Source of the DNA: a virus
Lineage: Duplodnaviria > Heunggongvirae > Uroviricota > Caudoviricetes
Strand: one strand, 5' to 3'
Virus record (IMG/VR): IMGVR_UViG_2671181054_000005
Coordinates: 1 to 45,542 of that record
DNA length: 45,542 bases
Below, in pieces: positions 8,513 to 17,529 of this stretch. Each line of letters opens with the position of its first letter. Within the stretch, counting starts at the first letter, position 1. The notes below the pieces were generated by a model. It had not been told where the DNA came from and did not search any database. It worked only from the letters and a program-made list of their open reading frames with translations. Made by a program: the position numbers and the translations under genes.

Positions 8513-8989
8513 TCAGTTGCAGTTAACTTTCCTGCCTACGAAGATCAAGTCTCCGTACTCGTCATTGGTATTCTTAAACCTAAGAACCTGTCCATTACGG
8601 ATAAAGGCCCAGTAGAGTTGCTTACCTGTGTATCCGCCATAAGAATTTTTTGCGTTCACGAAAACACACGTTGAGTAACCGTAAACAAAGTTCCTGTTCT
8701 CAACCATAACCTCTTTGCGGAGTGGAGAGAAGTCGCTGAATTTCGCGGAATCAGGATCCTTTAAGGCATCCTTGATTGTTTCCTGAACCAGCTCTTTATA
8801 GTTCTTTGGCTTTTCACCGACATCGGCTGTTTCAAGATTGATATTTCTAACCTTCTCGGCAAACTCGGCATCATGTTTTTTAGCCTCAGCCATCTTCTGA
8901 TCGTAATCAGAAGCAATACGGGCATAAGGTGGTTGCGCACACGCGCTGAGCAATGCAGAGGCGATAACTACAGCTGCTAATTTTTTCAT
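8513..8989 (-). CDS. Prophage lipoprotein of unknown function in the rexAB position
   Basis: 158 aa; signal peptide MKKLAAVVIASALLSAC with lipobox LSAC; 35 nt after cI with no intervening terminator; AT-rich relative to flanks. Confidence 0.75.
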   Translation of the reverse strand: MKKLAAVVIASALLSACAQPPYARIASDYDQKMAEAKKHDAEFAEKVRNINLETADVGEKPKNYKELVQETIKDALKDPDSAKFSDFSPLRKEVMVENRNFVYGYSTCVFVNAKNSYGGYTGKQLYWAFIRNGQVLRFKNTNDEYGDLIFVGRKVNCN

Positions 8990-9024
8990 CTTCCCATCCC
9001 AGAGTAATTACTGTGTAAATTTTG

Positions 9025-9717
9025 TTATGCGAATCTTTTATAATCGACTGACTGTCTCAGCAGTACTTTAGCCATGACGTAGAACGCGTCCTCATCTTCA
9101 GGCTCGACGTACCATTTTTCGTAAATCGGGTTATCGGATATTACTGCCAGCCTGTCTCGCTGCATCTGCAGGCGCTTAACGTGCAGTGTCTTCCCAAATA
9201 CAAAGACGTATACACCGTCACCATCAAAGTGCGTAACACCGGTATCAACGAAGATCTGATCACCTGGTGAAATAGTGCCGTCCATGCTGTCACCATTAAC
9301 TGTGATCACTTTGACATGCGCAGCTGGACGATTGCCGAACAAGGCTCGCGCCTGCTCAGTCGTGTATTCAATGGCTCGGATAGTTTCAATGAAATCGCTG
9401 GTGACAATGCTGCCCGGCCCAGCGCTGGCTTTAACGTCGAGTACATCCACGCGGTAAATCCCATTCAGTGACGGCTTAACCTGGTATAGCGCAGACGGTT
9501 CTCTTGCGCTACTTGAAGCCATTTCCCCTTCACCAGTAGACAGCCACTCCGGCCGCACACCCAGAACAGAGGCAATCTCAACAGTTTTACGGGAGCCGTT
9601 CGCTTCCTTGAGTAGCTTATTGACGCTGGACTGAGCCATGCCGACATCTTTGGCTAACCGGCCCTGTGTATATCCAGCATATTTCATTGCCTGCGCCAGG
9701 CGCTCCGAGAATCCCAT
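9025..9717 (-). CDS. cI: CI-type prophage repressor (HTH plus S24 LexA-like peptidase domain)
   Basis: Track start is GTG; ATG at 9717 with GAGGTG Shine-Dalgarno; N-terminal HTH, Ala-Gly site (SAGPG), GDSM serine motif and conserved Lys (VKRL). Confidence 0.85.
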   Translation of the reverse strand: MGFSERLAQAMKYAGYTQGRLAKDVGMAQSSVNKLLKEANGSRKTVEIASVLGVRPEWLSTGEGEMASSSAREPSALYQVKPSLNGIYRVDVLDVKASAGPGSIVTSDFIETIRAIEYTTEQARALFGNRPAAHVKVITVNGDSMDGTISPGDQIFVDTGVTHFDGDGVYVFVFGKTLHVKRLQMQRDRLAVISDNPIYEKWYVEPEDEDAFYVMAKVLLRQSVDYKRFA

Positions 9718-9743
9718 ATTCACCTCTGTTAATGACTCCTTTA

Positions 9744-9817
9744 ACTCTATCGCTCAAGCGATTATTTAGCAAAAAATCGCCTATGCGATTGACATTCGCT
9801 AAAGTGATAACCATAAT
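9744..9817. promoter_or_regulatory. OR operator cluster with divergent pRM (leftward) and pR (rightward)
   Basis: Dyads ATCGC-N4-GCGAT at 9749-9762 and 9776-9789, weaker TTCGC-N4-GTGAT at 9795-9808; pR TTGACA (9789-9794) -17- CATAAT (9812-9817); candidate pRM TTGCTA -17- TAGAGT on minus strand. Confidence 0.55.
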
Positions 9818-9844
9818 CGCTTTAAACTGATAGCTGAGGTGATT

Positions 9845-10096
9845 ATGAAGACCCCAACAGTAGAGAAGAACTCCGCAGTAGAGAAAGCGATTGCCATCGC
9901 TGGCAGCCAGAAAGAACTGGCAAAACGTTGCGGTAAAGCCCAGTCCACTATCTGCGACTGGCTTAACGGAAAGAAACGCATCTCCCCAGTTCACGTTCCT
10001 GAGCTGGTGAAAGCGGTTGGTGGTGAAATCCAGGCTCATGAATTCCGCCCGGACCTGCCTTCCATCTTTCCACACCCTGACAACCATGCCGCTTAA
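9845..10096 (+). CDS. cro: Cro-like repressor (YdaS/Cro family HTH)
   Basis: Track start is GTG 9839; ATG at 9845 with GAGGTGA Shine-Dalgarno; HTH SQKELAKRCGKAQSTICDWLNG; divergent from cI across OR. Confidence 0.7.
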   Translation: MKTPTVEKNSAVEKAIAIAGSQKELAKRCGKAQSTICDWLNGKKRISPVHVPELVKAVGGEIQAHEFRPDLPSIFPHPDNHAA

Positions 10097-10125
10097 CGGC
10101 GGCCCTAACCACGAAAGGGAAAGCA

Positions 10126-10692
10126 ATGCATTCACTTGCGTATCAACAGAGTACCGGACTTGAACAACGTCCGTTGATTTCGATTTATCAAAGTGTTCCG
10201 CGTAATAACCGTAAGCTAACTCGAATACGGGAGGCAGTTAAGGCCTGGCAAAAAGCTACGCCGGGCCAGTCTCAGGTTCACATTTCTCAGCTGGTTGCGA
10301 AAGAGTGGCTGGCGCGCGGCGGGAAGGGGTTGTTACTGGCAGGTTCTGAACACAACACGAAGCAGAACTTCTTCCGGATGATTAACGATCCGGGCCCGAA
10401 GAACGACAAGGGGTTGATGCTACTGATCCCCGTCATTATCGACGTGATGGCGCGGGATAACGAGAAAGTGGCGAGAGAGTTCGGTCTGGTCGCAAAGACT
10501 GAGGCCGAACTGATAGCCGAGGCCATGAAAGAGTGCACTGAAGCGCATCAGGCGAAGTTACTTGGTCAGCCGATACAACGCCTTGAGAAAGAGGTGAGAG
10601 AAGCTGCTGAAGCACTTCTGCGCTTTCTGCCCACTGAATCAATCGCCGCGGTGGTGACAAGTCTGGCCGCTATGGCGCCGGGAGTTATGTGA
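10126..10692 (+). CDS. CII-analogue regulatory protein (possibly YdaT-like)
   Basis: 188 aa, ATG with AAGGGA Shine-Dalgarno; directly follows cro; family assignment from memory only. Confidence 0.45.
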   Translation: MHSLAYQQSTGLEQRPLISIYQSVPRNNRKLTRIREAVKAWQKATPGQSQVHISQLVAKEWLARGGKGLLLAGSEHNTKQNFFRMINDPGPKNDKGLMLLIPVIIDVMARDNEKVAREFGLVAKTEAELIAEAMKECTEAHQAKLLGQPIQRLEKEVREAAEALLRFLPTESIAAVVTSLAAMAPGVM

Positions 10693-10781
10693 TGGGAAGT
10701 ATCAAAAACGGCGAAAGCCAGTCTGCTCGAACAGAACTGGCCTTCAGATGCAAATCGTGTGCACTCATTGCAGGAGGAATA

Positions 10782-10928
10782 ATGGCAAAAAATCCACGCT
10801 ATTACCATACCGCTGTACATAAAAACATAACCCGCGACCGCTTCATCCGCTCGGTTAACCCGATTGTGGCAGAGAAGATGCGCGCCATCCTGGAAGAACT
10901 GAAACGTAAGGAGAGTGGCCGTGGGTAA
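10782..10928 (+). CDS. Small hypothetical protein (48 aa)
   Basis: Internal ATG of track ORF 10689..10928 preceded by strong GGAGG Shine-Dalgarno. Confidence 0.3.
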   Translation: MAKNPRYYHTAVHKNITRDRFIRSVNPIVAEKMRAILEELKRKESGRG

Positions 10929-11820
10929 CGTATCCAATTTAGCCGAAGCCAGAGAGGCCAGAAGGCTCCAGAAACCGCGCACGAATGACGGTAAGGGGTT
11001 TGCCTTGCTGCACCGTAAAATTATGGATGTGCCGTTCTACAAGGACGCTGAGGCGGCTCATTTATGGGTTCACCTGCTCCTGCGCGCTAATCATGAACAG
11101 ACACTGGTATCGACTGATGTCGGCGATGTGATCTGCGAGCGCGGAGAGTTCATTACCGGGCGAAACACGCTGGCAATGGAAACGGGTTTGACCGCTGATC
11201 GCGTTAAATCACTGCTCCGTAAATTCCAGAACCTGGGCATGATCACCACCAAATCGAACAACCGTTTTACTGTTCTAAAAGTGGTCAAATATGACGAATA
11301 TCAGTCAAATTTTTGTCCAGCCGATGTCCAGCCAGTGTCCAGCGCAAACGCAGCTATATCAATGCCTGCGGAGGCGGAGTGTCCAGCCGATGTCCAGCCA
11401 GTGTCCACAGATAACAATATATTAAATAACTTACTACCTAACGGTAGTAAGTATGTCGCAAATGACCAGAAACCCGCTGAAGAGAAAAAGTCCCGTTTGT
11501 CATGCGATGAAGTATGGCAATGCCTGAAAGACGAACTGCCTGAAGCCCGGGGATGGAGATGCCTCACTGATGAGCGACGCAATCTGATCCGCACCTTCTG
11601 GGGTAAGGCTAACAAAATTGCCCGCAACCTGGACGGCAAGCCGATGGATATGGACGGTTTCAGAAGCTATCTGCGCTACATCGCTCAGAACTGCCGCTGG
11701 ATGCTTGAAGACCGACCAGACCAGAAATCCGGGAAGACCTGGCGCCGCATGAAATTCGATAAGTTCCTGACCGAAAAGCTCTACATCGAAGTGCGCGAAG
11801 GGGATCGTGATGACCGCTGA
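10921..11820 (+). CDS. Replication initiator (lambda O-like) with origin iterons inside the gene
   Basis: GTG start at 10921 preceded by AAGGAGAG; direct repeats inside the ORF encode the duplicated peptide CPADVQPVS; followed by the helicase gene. Confidence 0.6.
   Translation: MGNVSNLAEAREARRLQKPRTNDGKGFALLHRKIMDVPFYKDAEAAHLWVHLLLRANHEQTLVSTDVGDVICERGEFITGRNTLAMETGLTADRVKSLLRKFQNLGMITTKSNNRFTVLKVVKYDEYQSNFCPADVQPVSSANAAISMPAEAECPADVQPVSTDNNILNNLLPNGSKYVANDQKPAEEKKSRLSCDEVWQCLKDELPEARGWRCLTDERRNLIRTFWGKANKIARNLDGKPMDMDGFRSYLRYIAQNCRWMLEDRPDQKSGKTWRRMKFDKFLTEKLYIEVREGDRDDR
11313..11455. repeat. Phage origin of replication: iterons plus AT-rich palindrome
   Basis: Two ~28-bp tandem units (TGTCCAGCCGATGTCCAGCCAGTGTCCA; six GTCCA cores) at 11313-11409, then AT-rich segment with palindrome TTACTACC-TAAC-GGTAGTAA. 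Confidence 0.55.
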
Positions 11821-13243
11821 TTTCATGGCTGTACCACAAAACCTCGAAGCAGAGCAGAGCGTTATCGGTGGCCTGCTGCTGGATGATGACAACAGCGAGC
11901 GAGTCCAGAAGGTTCTGGCGATGCTCAAGCCTGAATCGTTCTACAGCCGACCTCACCAGCTGATCTTTGCCGAGATGCGCCAGATGTTCCGCGACAACAA
12001 GCCAGTCGATGGTCTGACATTGTTCGACGCGCTCGAAGGCAAAGGGCTCGCGGAGCAGGTAGGTGGCTTTGCTTACCTGGCGGAGATCGCCAAGAACACT
12101 CCCAGCGCTGCAAACATCGTGGCATACGCTGCGTCAGTCCGGGAAGCCGCAATGGAGCGCTACGGTATCAGCCGCCTGACCGAAGCTACTGAGCTGCTGT
12201 ATTCCCGCAATGGCATGAGCGCCACGCAGAAGTACGAGGCCATTCAGGGTATTTTCACCCAGCTCGCAGACCATTCAAAAACCGGTAGTCGCCGTGGGTT
12301 GCGGTCGTTCGGCGAGGTTATGGATGACTGGGTAGCAGATCTGGAGAAACGCTTTGACCCTTCAGGCGAACAGCGCGGCATGAGCACCGGCATCCCGTCA
12401 CTCGACCGGCTGCTGGCGCCGAAAGGTCTGGTTAAAGGCTCTCTGTTCGTGATTGGCGCAAGGCCAAAGATGGGCAAGACAACCCTGTACGGTCAGATGG
12501 CGATCAACTGCGCGGTTCGTGAGAAAAAGCCAGCGCTGATGTTCAGCCTCGAAATGCCGGGCGACCAGATCCTCGAAAAACTGGTTGGTCAGAGGTCTGG
12601 AGTTAACCCGAGCATTTTTTACATGCCAGCCACGGATGACGCCGATGACCAGTACCAGGGCGATTACGACGGCGACTTTAAGAAGGCGATCGCCACCGCC
12701 GGGCGATTGAGTGAAATCGACATGCTGTACATCGACGATACTCCTGGCCTGTCACTGGCGCACATCGTTAGCGAAAGCCGCCGAATCAAGCGCGAGAAGG
12801 GCTGCGTAGGAATGATTCTGGTTGACTACCTGACTCTAATGACCGCCGAAAAAGCCGACCGTAATGACCTGGCCTACGGGATGATCACCAAAGGTCTGAA
12901 GAATCTCGCCAAAGAGCTTGGCTGCGTCGTCGTGCTGCTGACCCAGCTCAACCGCGAACTGGAGAAGCGAGTGAATAAACGCCCGTTGCCGAGCGATTCC
13001 CGCGACACAGGGCAGATTGAGCAGGACTGCGACTACTGGGTTGGTATCCACCGGGAAGGTGCTTTCGATGACAGCGTGCCGCCGGGAGAAACCGAGTTAA
13101 TCCTGAGACTCAACCGCCACGGCAGCACCGGAACGGTTTATTGCAATCAGATCAACGGGGCAATTTACGACACAGACCAGCAGGCCGCCGCCGCAGAACG
13201 CCGCGGGCGCGAGCAGCAGCCGAAAAAGAAAGGGGGCTTCTGA
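11810..13243 (+). CDS. Replicative DNA helicase (DnaB family)
   Basis: 477 aa from ATG 11810 (track start is GTG 11807); DnaB N-terminal pattern EAEQSVIGGLLLDD and Walker A GARPKMGKT. Confidence 0.9.
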   Translation: MTADFMAVPQNLEAEQSVIGGLLLDDDNSERVQKVLAMLKPESFYSRPHQLIFAEMRQMFRDNKPVDGLTLFDALEGKGLAEQVGGFAYLAEIAKNTPSAANIVAYAASVREAAMERYGISRLTEATELLYSRNGMSATQKYEAIQGIFTQLADHSKTGSRRGLRSFGEVMDDWVADLEKRFDPSGEQRGMSTGIPSLDRLLAPKGLVKGSLFVIGARPKMGKTTLYGQMAINCAVREKKPALMFSLEMPGDQILEKLVGQRSGVNPSIFYMPATDDADDQYQGDYDGDFKKAIATAGRLSEIDMLYIDDTPGLSLAHIVSESRRIKREKGCVGMILVDYLTLMTAEKADRNDLAYGMITKGLKNLAKELGCVVVLLTQLNRELEKRVNKRPLPSDSRDTGQIEQDCDYWVGIHREGAFDDSVPPGETELILRLNRHGSTGTVYCNQINGAIYDTDQQAAAAERRGREQQPKKKGGF

Positions 13244-13542
13244 TGAAAGGCAAACAGGCAATTCTTCGTTATCTCGAAACGCACCGGACCTTCACTGCGA
13301 AGGATGTGGCCACAGAGTGTGGCATGACCATCAACTGCATCACGAAGAACGCTATCGATCTGGAGCGGGCCCGGAAGATTGTGCGCGTGAGCAAGGTCTG
13401 GCGAACGGTGACTTATCGCCAGGCGACGCCGGAAGAGCAGGACGGCACCGCGCGCAGCTGCACCAACGGAATATTTCAGGGGTGCCGGAACAGTCCTGCG
13501 ATGAAGCGAGTATTGATGGTTTGGGGGAGGGAAGGGGTATGA
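13243..13542 (+). CDS. Hypothetical protein
   Basis: 99 aa; ATG overlaps helicase stop (TGATG) with AAGGGGG Shine-Dalgarno. Confidence 0.5.
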   Translation: MKGKQAILRYLETHRTFTAKDVATECGMTINCITKNAIDLERARKIVRVSKVWRTVTYRQATPEEQDGTARSCTNGIFQGCRNSPAMKRVLMVWGREGV

Positions 13543-13736
13543 AAATCGAAGATATCAAAAACGTTGCGGTGTTCTTCAATTTTAACGGTAAAACGGTGGC
13601 TTTGCGCATGGATCCTGAGCAGAAGCGAATCGTCGCATTAATGGCGCTTAACACGGCTGATGCCCGGGCAGAACTGATTGAGGTGCCGCACATGACTTTA
13701 CCAGCAGACCCAGCCATGCAGGAGGCCGCCCAATGA
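13539..13736 (+). CDS. Hypothetical protein
   Basis: 65 aa; ATGA overlap with upstream gene. Confidence 0.45.
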   Translation: MKIEDIKNVAVFFNFNGKTVALRMDPEQKRIVALMALNTADARAELIEVPHMTLPADPAMQEAAQ

Positions 13737-14338
13737 GCAACATCAACAAACAGGAGCTGCGTGAAGCGGCGGAGAGAGCAGAATCCGATAGTTGGGGTTA
13801 TGATCGCGATGAATTCAATGAGGCTCTAACCCCGTCCACCGTGCTGGCACTGCTAGATGAGTTGGAAGCCAAAGATTCCATGATAGCAGCACAACAACAT
13901 GAGATCCGTACGTTACTGAATGCGCTTGAGGGCAGACCATGCCCTAAATGCAACGACACAGGCATGGCTGATAGTGGCGGTACGCAACCCTGGGGCGAGC
14001 CAATAAGCGTTCCATGTGATTGCGCCGCCCCGCCATCGCCGGTAGCTGTGCCTGAAGGATACAGGTTGCAGCCAATTTCTGAATATGACGCAATGTGCGC
14101 CGCCATGCTTCAGGGTGCCGAAAACGCCGAGTCGCGCTGCACCATCAAGACCGCGCCAGCACTGGATTCTTTGACAAAAAATGCCGAGTCGCGCTGCGGC
14201 AACTCTCCGGTGATTCAGGATGGTTGGGTGCTGGTGCCAGAAGAACCCACCCATGAAATGCTTGAGGCTGGTGATGAACAATTCGGAACTTACGATGTGT
14301 ATCGCCGGATGATAGCAGCATCACCGCAGCAGAAGTGA
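13733..14338 (+). CDS. Hypothetical protein with Cys-containing segment
   Basis: 201 aa, ATG with GGAGG Shine-Dalgarno; internal near-repeat AENAESRC / KNAESRC; CPKCND...CDC motif. Confidence 0.55.
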   Translation: MSNINKQELREAAERAESDSWGYDRDEFNEALTPSTVLALLDELEAKDSMIAAQQHEIRTLLNALEGRPCPKCNDTGMADSGGTQPWGEPISVPCDCAAPPSPVAVPEGYRLQPISEYDAMCAAMLQGAENAESRCTIKTAPALDSLTKNAESRCGNSPVIQDGWVLVPEEPTHEMLEAGDEQFGTYDVYRRMIAASPQQK

Positions 14339-14346
14339 TCTATAAT

Positions 14347-14371
14347 CCCCTCAAATAACCGAGGGGGTTTT
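14347..14371 (+). terminator. Intrinsic terminator
   Basis: Hairpin CCCCTC-N8-GAGGGG followed by TTTT, 9 nt after stop of 13733..14338. Confidence 0.5.
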
Positions 14372-14554
14372 ATGTCTAACGAAGAAATGACTCCAGCAGA
14401 AAAATATAAAGCTTCAATGAAAAGACATAAAAAGTTCTGGAGTAAATCACAAATTGCAAATGCGAAACGGTTTGATGCTGGAGAGGTTGAATCTGTTGAT
14501 GGTTTTAGATCTCCTTATGAGACCAGAAAGAAGAGAGGGAGGACTGCTGACTAA
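14372..14554 (+). CDS. Hypothetical small basic protein
   Basis: 60 aa, ATG with GAGGGGG Shine-Dalgarno; AT-rich nin-region island. Confidence 0.45.
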   Translation: MSNEEMTPAEKYKASMKRHKKFWSKSQIANAKRFDAGEVESVDGFRSPYETRKKRGRTAD

Positions 14555-14808
14555 TGTCTGACTGGAACATTGCAGCAAAGCCGCAGGAAGAACGCGACAA
14601 GGTTAATGTTGACCTGGCAGCCTCCGGCGTGGCCTACAAAGAGCGCCTGAATATGCCGGTTATCGCCGAGCAGGTAGCTCGTGAGCAACCAGAGCATCTA
14701 CGAGAGTATTTCATGGATCGCGTGCGGCACTATCGCGAGCAGAGCGTTGCATTGCCTAAGGCATCTGATCCTCGCTACATTGAAATGACTGAGCAAAATG
14801 CAAAATAA
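14554..14808 (+). CDS. Hypothetical protein
   Basis: 84 aa, ATG overlapping previous stop, AGGGAGGA Shine-Dalgarno. Confidence 0.5.
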   Translation: MSDWNIAAKPQEERDKVNVDLAASGVAYKERLNMPVIAEQVAREQPEHLREYFMDRVRHYREQSVALPKASDPRYIEMTEQNAK

Positions 14809-14824
14809 ATTTTAGGAGATTCAA

Positions 14825-15085
14825 ATGGAAAATAGCATGAGCATCACAACGATTCTTGAAAGAGAAAGGGAGCTTGATGATCTTGTTAAGGTGTGCCTCG
14901 ATGAGCTTGAGGTGATTGACATCCATGGACAGGTTTACTCAATTCCTCTTTCCCACCTAACGAACGCAGAGCAGGTGGTACATTGGGTCTGGAAGATTGC
15001 TGAGAGAGGTGATTTCGCCATGGATGTTGTTCGTAAATTTACTGAAGTTGCGTCCCATCATGTGGGGTTTGACGCTAAAAAATAA
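14825..15085 (+). CDS. Hypothetical protein
   Basis: 86 aa, ATG with TAGGAG Shine-Dalgarno. Confidence 0.5.
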   Translation: MENSMSITTILERERELDDLVKVCLDELEVIDIHGQVYSIPLSHLTNAEQVVHWVWKIAERGDFAMDVVRKFTEVASHHVGFDAKK

Positions 15086-15203
15086 ATCGCCAAGGACCGA
15101 TTTAATAGCTATACACATGTTTTACATTCCGCTCGCATCTTAACCAAATCTTTCTTGGTATAATGATTTTTTACAGGCGAATGACGTGTGAGGTCCGGGA
15201 TTT

Positions 15204-15401
15204 ATGACTTGTGAAGTATGTAACAAACAACCCCTTGGACGAAGGGACCCGCCTCTTCCATGCATGGTCTTGCAAGGCGATAAATCCGTTAACTTCAGCC
15301 ATCACGGACGCGAAGCAAACGAGCGTTATTACAAATGCTCGGAATGCGGTCATGAGTGGATGAGAGAGACAGGAAATTGCGGCGAAGGCTGGATTCCTTA
15401 A
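15204..15401 (+). CDS. Small zinc-ribbon protein
   Basis: 65 aa with CxxC (CEVC) and CxxC (CSEC) pairs; preceded by extended -10 TGgTATAAT at 15156-15164. Confidence 0.4.
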   Translation: MTCEVCNKQPLGRRDPPLPCMVLQGDKSVNFSHHGREANERYYKCSECGHEWMRETGNCGEGWIP

Positions 15402-15604
15402 CTATATATTGTCGCTATTCGCAAATTGATTTTCTCAAATCATCCCGCCATAATTAAGTCGCAGTCGGCCTGAACACCCGATTGTGACTTCTGCGCATTT
15501 AAGGGGACTTAAATGCGACCACAATCTGAAATCCTCACCTTGTCACAGATGCAGAAATGCACCTGCGATTTTCTGCATTCTGCGGTTTCCGTTAAGGAGG
15601 CCGT

Positions 15605-16060
15605 ATGACTCTTCCAGTAGACGGCATCAAGCTCCATCGCGGCAACTTCGCAGCCATCGGTCAGCAGATTCAGCCCTTGCTTGATGCCGGGCAATGCTTT
15701 CGCCTTCAGGTTAAGCCGTGGCGCGAGAAGCGCAGCCTGTCGCAGAACGCTCTCAGCCACATGTGGTACACGGAAATCAGCGAATGCCTCATCACCCGCG
15801 GCAAGACCTTCGCTACGCCTGAATGGGTCAAAGACGCGATGAAGCACACCTATCTCGGCTACGAAAGCAAGGACAGGGTAGACGTCGTGTCCGGAGAGGT
15901 AACCACGGTCCAATCCCTCCGCCATACGTCAGAGCTGGAAACCGGCGAGATGTACATCTTCCTGTGCAAAGTCGAAGCCTGGGCGATGAATATTGGATGC
16001 CACCTGACCATTCCGCAGAGCTGCGAGTACCAGCAGCTGCGCGATAAGCAGGAGGCCTGA
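15605..16060 (+). CDS. ninB: NinB (Orf) recombination mediator
   Basis: 151 aa, ATG with AAGGAGG Shine-Dalgarno; REKRSLSQNALSHMWYTEIS resembles lambda NinB. Confidence 0.75.
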   Translation: MTLPVDGIKLHRGNFAAIGQQIQPLLDAGQCFRLQVKPWREKRSLSQNALSHMWYTEISECLITRGKTFATPEWVKDAMKHTYLGYESKDRVDVVSGEVTTVQSLRHTSELETGEMYIFLCKVEAWAMNIGCHLTIPQSCEYQQLRDKQEA

Positions 16061-16230
16061 TGTCTACTCCACTTTCCCGCGTCATCACCAACGAAATCTT
16101 CCGCGTTCCGGCGCGCCGCAAGCGTAAGCCAGCGGTTAAGCCGTCCGACATCCCGACTTTCAAGGACTACACCGCCCGCCTGGTCGATCAGAAATGGCTG
16201 CGTCTCGCAGCGAGGAGAAAATCCGCATGA
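16060..16230 (+). CDS. Small hypothetical nin-region protein (56 aa)
   Basis: Not in ORF track; ATG overlaps ninB stop with AGGAGG Shine-Dalgarno; stop overlaps phosphatase start. Confidence 0.35.
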   Translation: MSTPLSRVITNEIFRVPARRKRKPAVKPSDIPTFKDYTARLVDQKWLRLAARRKSA

Positions 16231-16895
16231 GCATGTATCAACGCATTAATGGCGCTGACTGGCGCAATATCTTCGTTGTGGGCGATCTGCATGGGTGCTA
16301 CACGCTGCTGATGAGTGAGCTCGAAAAAGCTTCGTTCGACCCGGCGCGTGATTTGCTGATCTCGGTTGGAGACCTTGTTGACCGCGGCGCGGAAAACGTC
16401 GAGTGCCTGGAGCTGATTACTATGCCGTGGTTCCGGGCTGTGCGAGGAAACCATGAGCAGATGATGATTGATGGGCTATCGGAGTATGGGAACGTCAATC
16501 ACTGGTTGGCAAATGGTGGCGGCTGGTTCTTCAATCTCGACTATGACAAAGAAGTGCTGGCTAAGGCTCTGGTTCACAAAGCAGCTGAGCTGCCACTCGT
16601 CATCGAGCTGGTTACCGCTGAGCGTAAAATCGTTATCTGCCACGCTGACTACCCGCATAACGAATATGCGTTCGATAAGCCCATCCCGAAAGATATGGTC
16701 ATCTGGAATCGTGAGAGGGTTAGCGACGCACAGGACGGCATAGTATCGACGATAGCCGGTGCTGATCTGTTTATCTTCGGCCACACCCCAGCGCGCCAGC
16801 CCCTGAAGTATGCCAACCAGATGTACATCGACACCGGCGCCGTGTTCTGCGGAAACCTCACGCTGGTAAAGGTGCAAGGCGGTGAACATGCGTAA
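16227..16895 (+). CDS. Lambda-type Ser/Thr protein phosphatase (NinI-like)
   Basis: Metallophosphoesterase motifs GDLHG, GDLVDRG, GNHE; near-collinear with lambda phosphatase as I recall it; start set to ATG 16227. Confidence 0.9.
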   Translation: MSMYQRINGADWRNIFVVGDLHGCYTLLMSELEKASFDPARDLLISVGDLVDRGAENVECLELITMPWFRAVRGNHEQMMIDGLSEYGNVNHWLANGGGWFFNLDYDKEVLAKALVHKAAELPLVIELVTAERKIVICHADYPHNEYAFDKPIPKDMVIWNRERVSDAQDGIVSTIAGADLFIFGHTPARQPLKYANQMYIDTGAVFCGNLTLVKVQGGEHA

Positions 16896-17529
16896 ACCAT
16901 CCCGCCGTAAGTGCAAAGTATGCGGGGAATACTTCGTGCCGAAATTCCACGATATCCGGATCCGCTGGTGCAGCCCGGAGCACGGCGCAATCCTCGCGAT
17001 GGAAGAACGTCAAAAGGAGAAGGTGAAAGCCGCTGCTAAGCGCATTAAGGAGCAGAAGGAGGCAGAGAAGGCCGGGCGCAAACGCCGCAAGGAGAGGCTG
17101 GCAGAGCTACGCCCAGCAGGTTACTACAAAGCGCAGGCTCAGCAGGCATTCAACGCCTACATCCGTGCGCGCGATGCTGATTTGCCATGCATCAGCTGCG
17201 GAGAGACCAACCCGCCAGATCTGCATGGCGGCCAATGGGACTGCGGCCACTTCAAAACGGTCGGCGCTAACCCTGAACTGCGCTTTGAAGAGCGCAATGC
17301 CCATAAGCAGTGCAAATCCTGTAATGCCGGAGCGGGCAAATATACCGCCAAAGAGGCGACGGTAGCGCAGCAATACGAAGCTGGTCTGGTCGCTCGTTAC
17401 GGGCAGGAGTACGTGGACTGGCTCAACGGCCCCCACGAAATGACCAACTACCGCCGTGAAGACTTCATTCGGATCCGCGATGAATACCGCGCCAAGCTCA
17501 AAGCACTGAAACAGTGGGAGGCCGCATGA
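16888..17529 (+). CDS. ninG: NinG (Rap) recombination protein
   Basis: Track start is GTG; ATG at 16888; Cys-rich motifs CKVCGEYF and CISCGE...CGHF typical of NinG. Confidence 0.75.
   Translation: MRKPSRRKCKVCGEYFVPKFHDIRIRWCSPEHGAILAMEERQKEKVKAAAKRIKEQKEAEKAGRKRRKERLAELRPAGYYKAQAQQAFNAYIRARDADLPCISCGETNPPDLHGGQWDCGHFKTVGANPELRFEERNAHKQCKSCNAGAGKYTAKEATVAQQYEAGLVARYGQEYVDWLNGPHEMTNYRREDFIRIRDEYRAKLKALKQWEAA

Noticed and set aside
13141-13736. Long N-terminal extensions of track ORFs 13141..13542 and 13317..13736
   Set aside because: The extensions overlap the DnaB helicase and each other; internal ATGs at 13243 and 13539 give translationally coupled genes.
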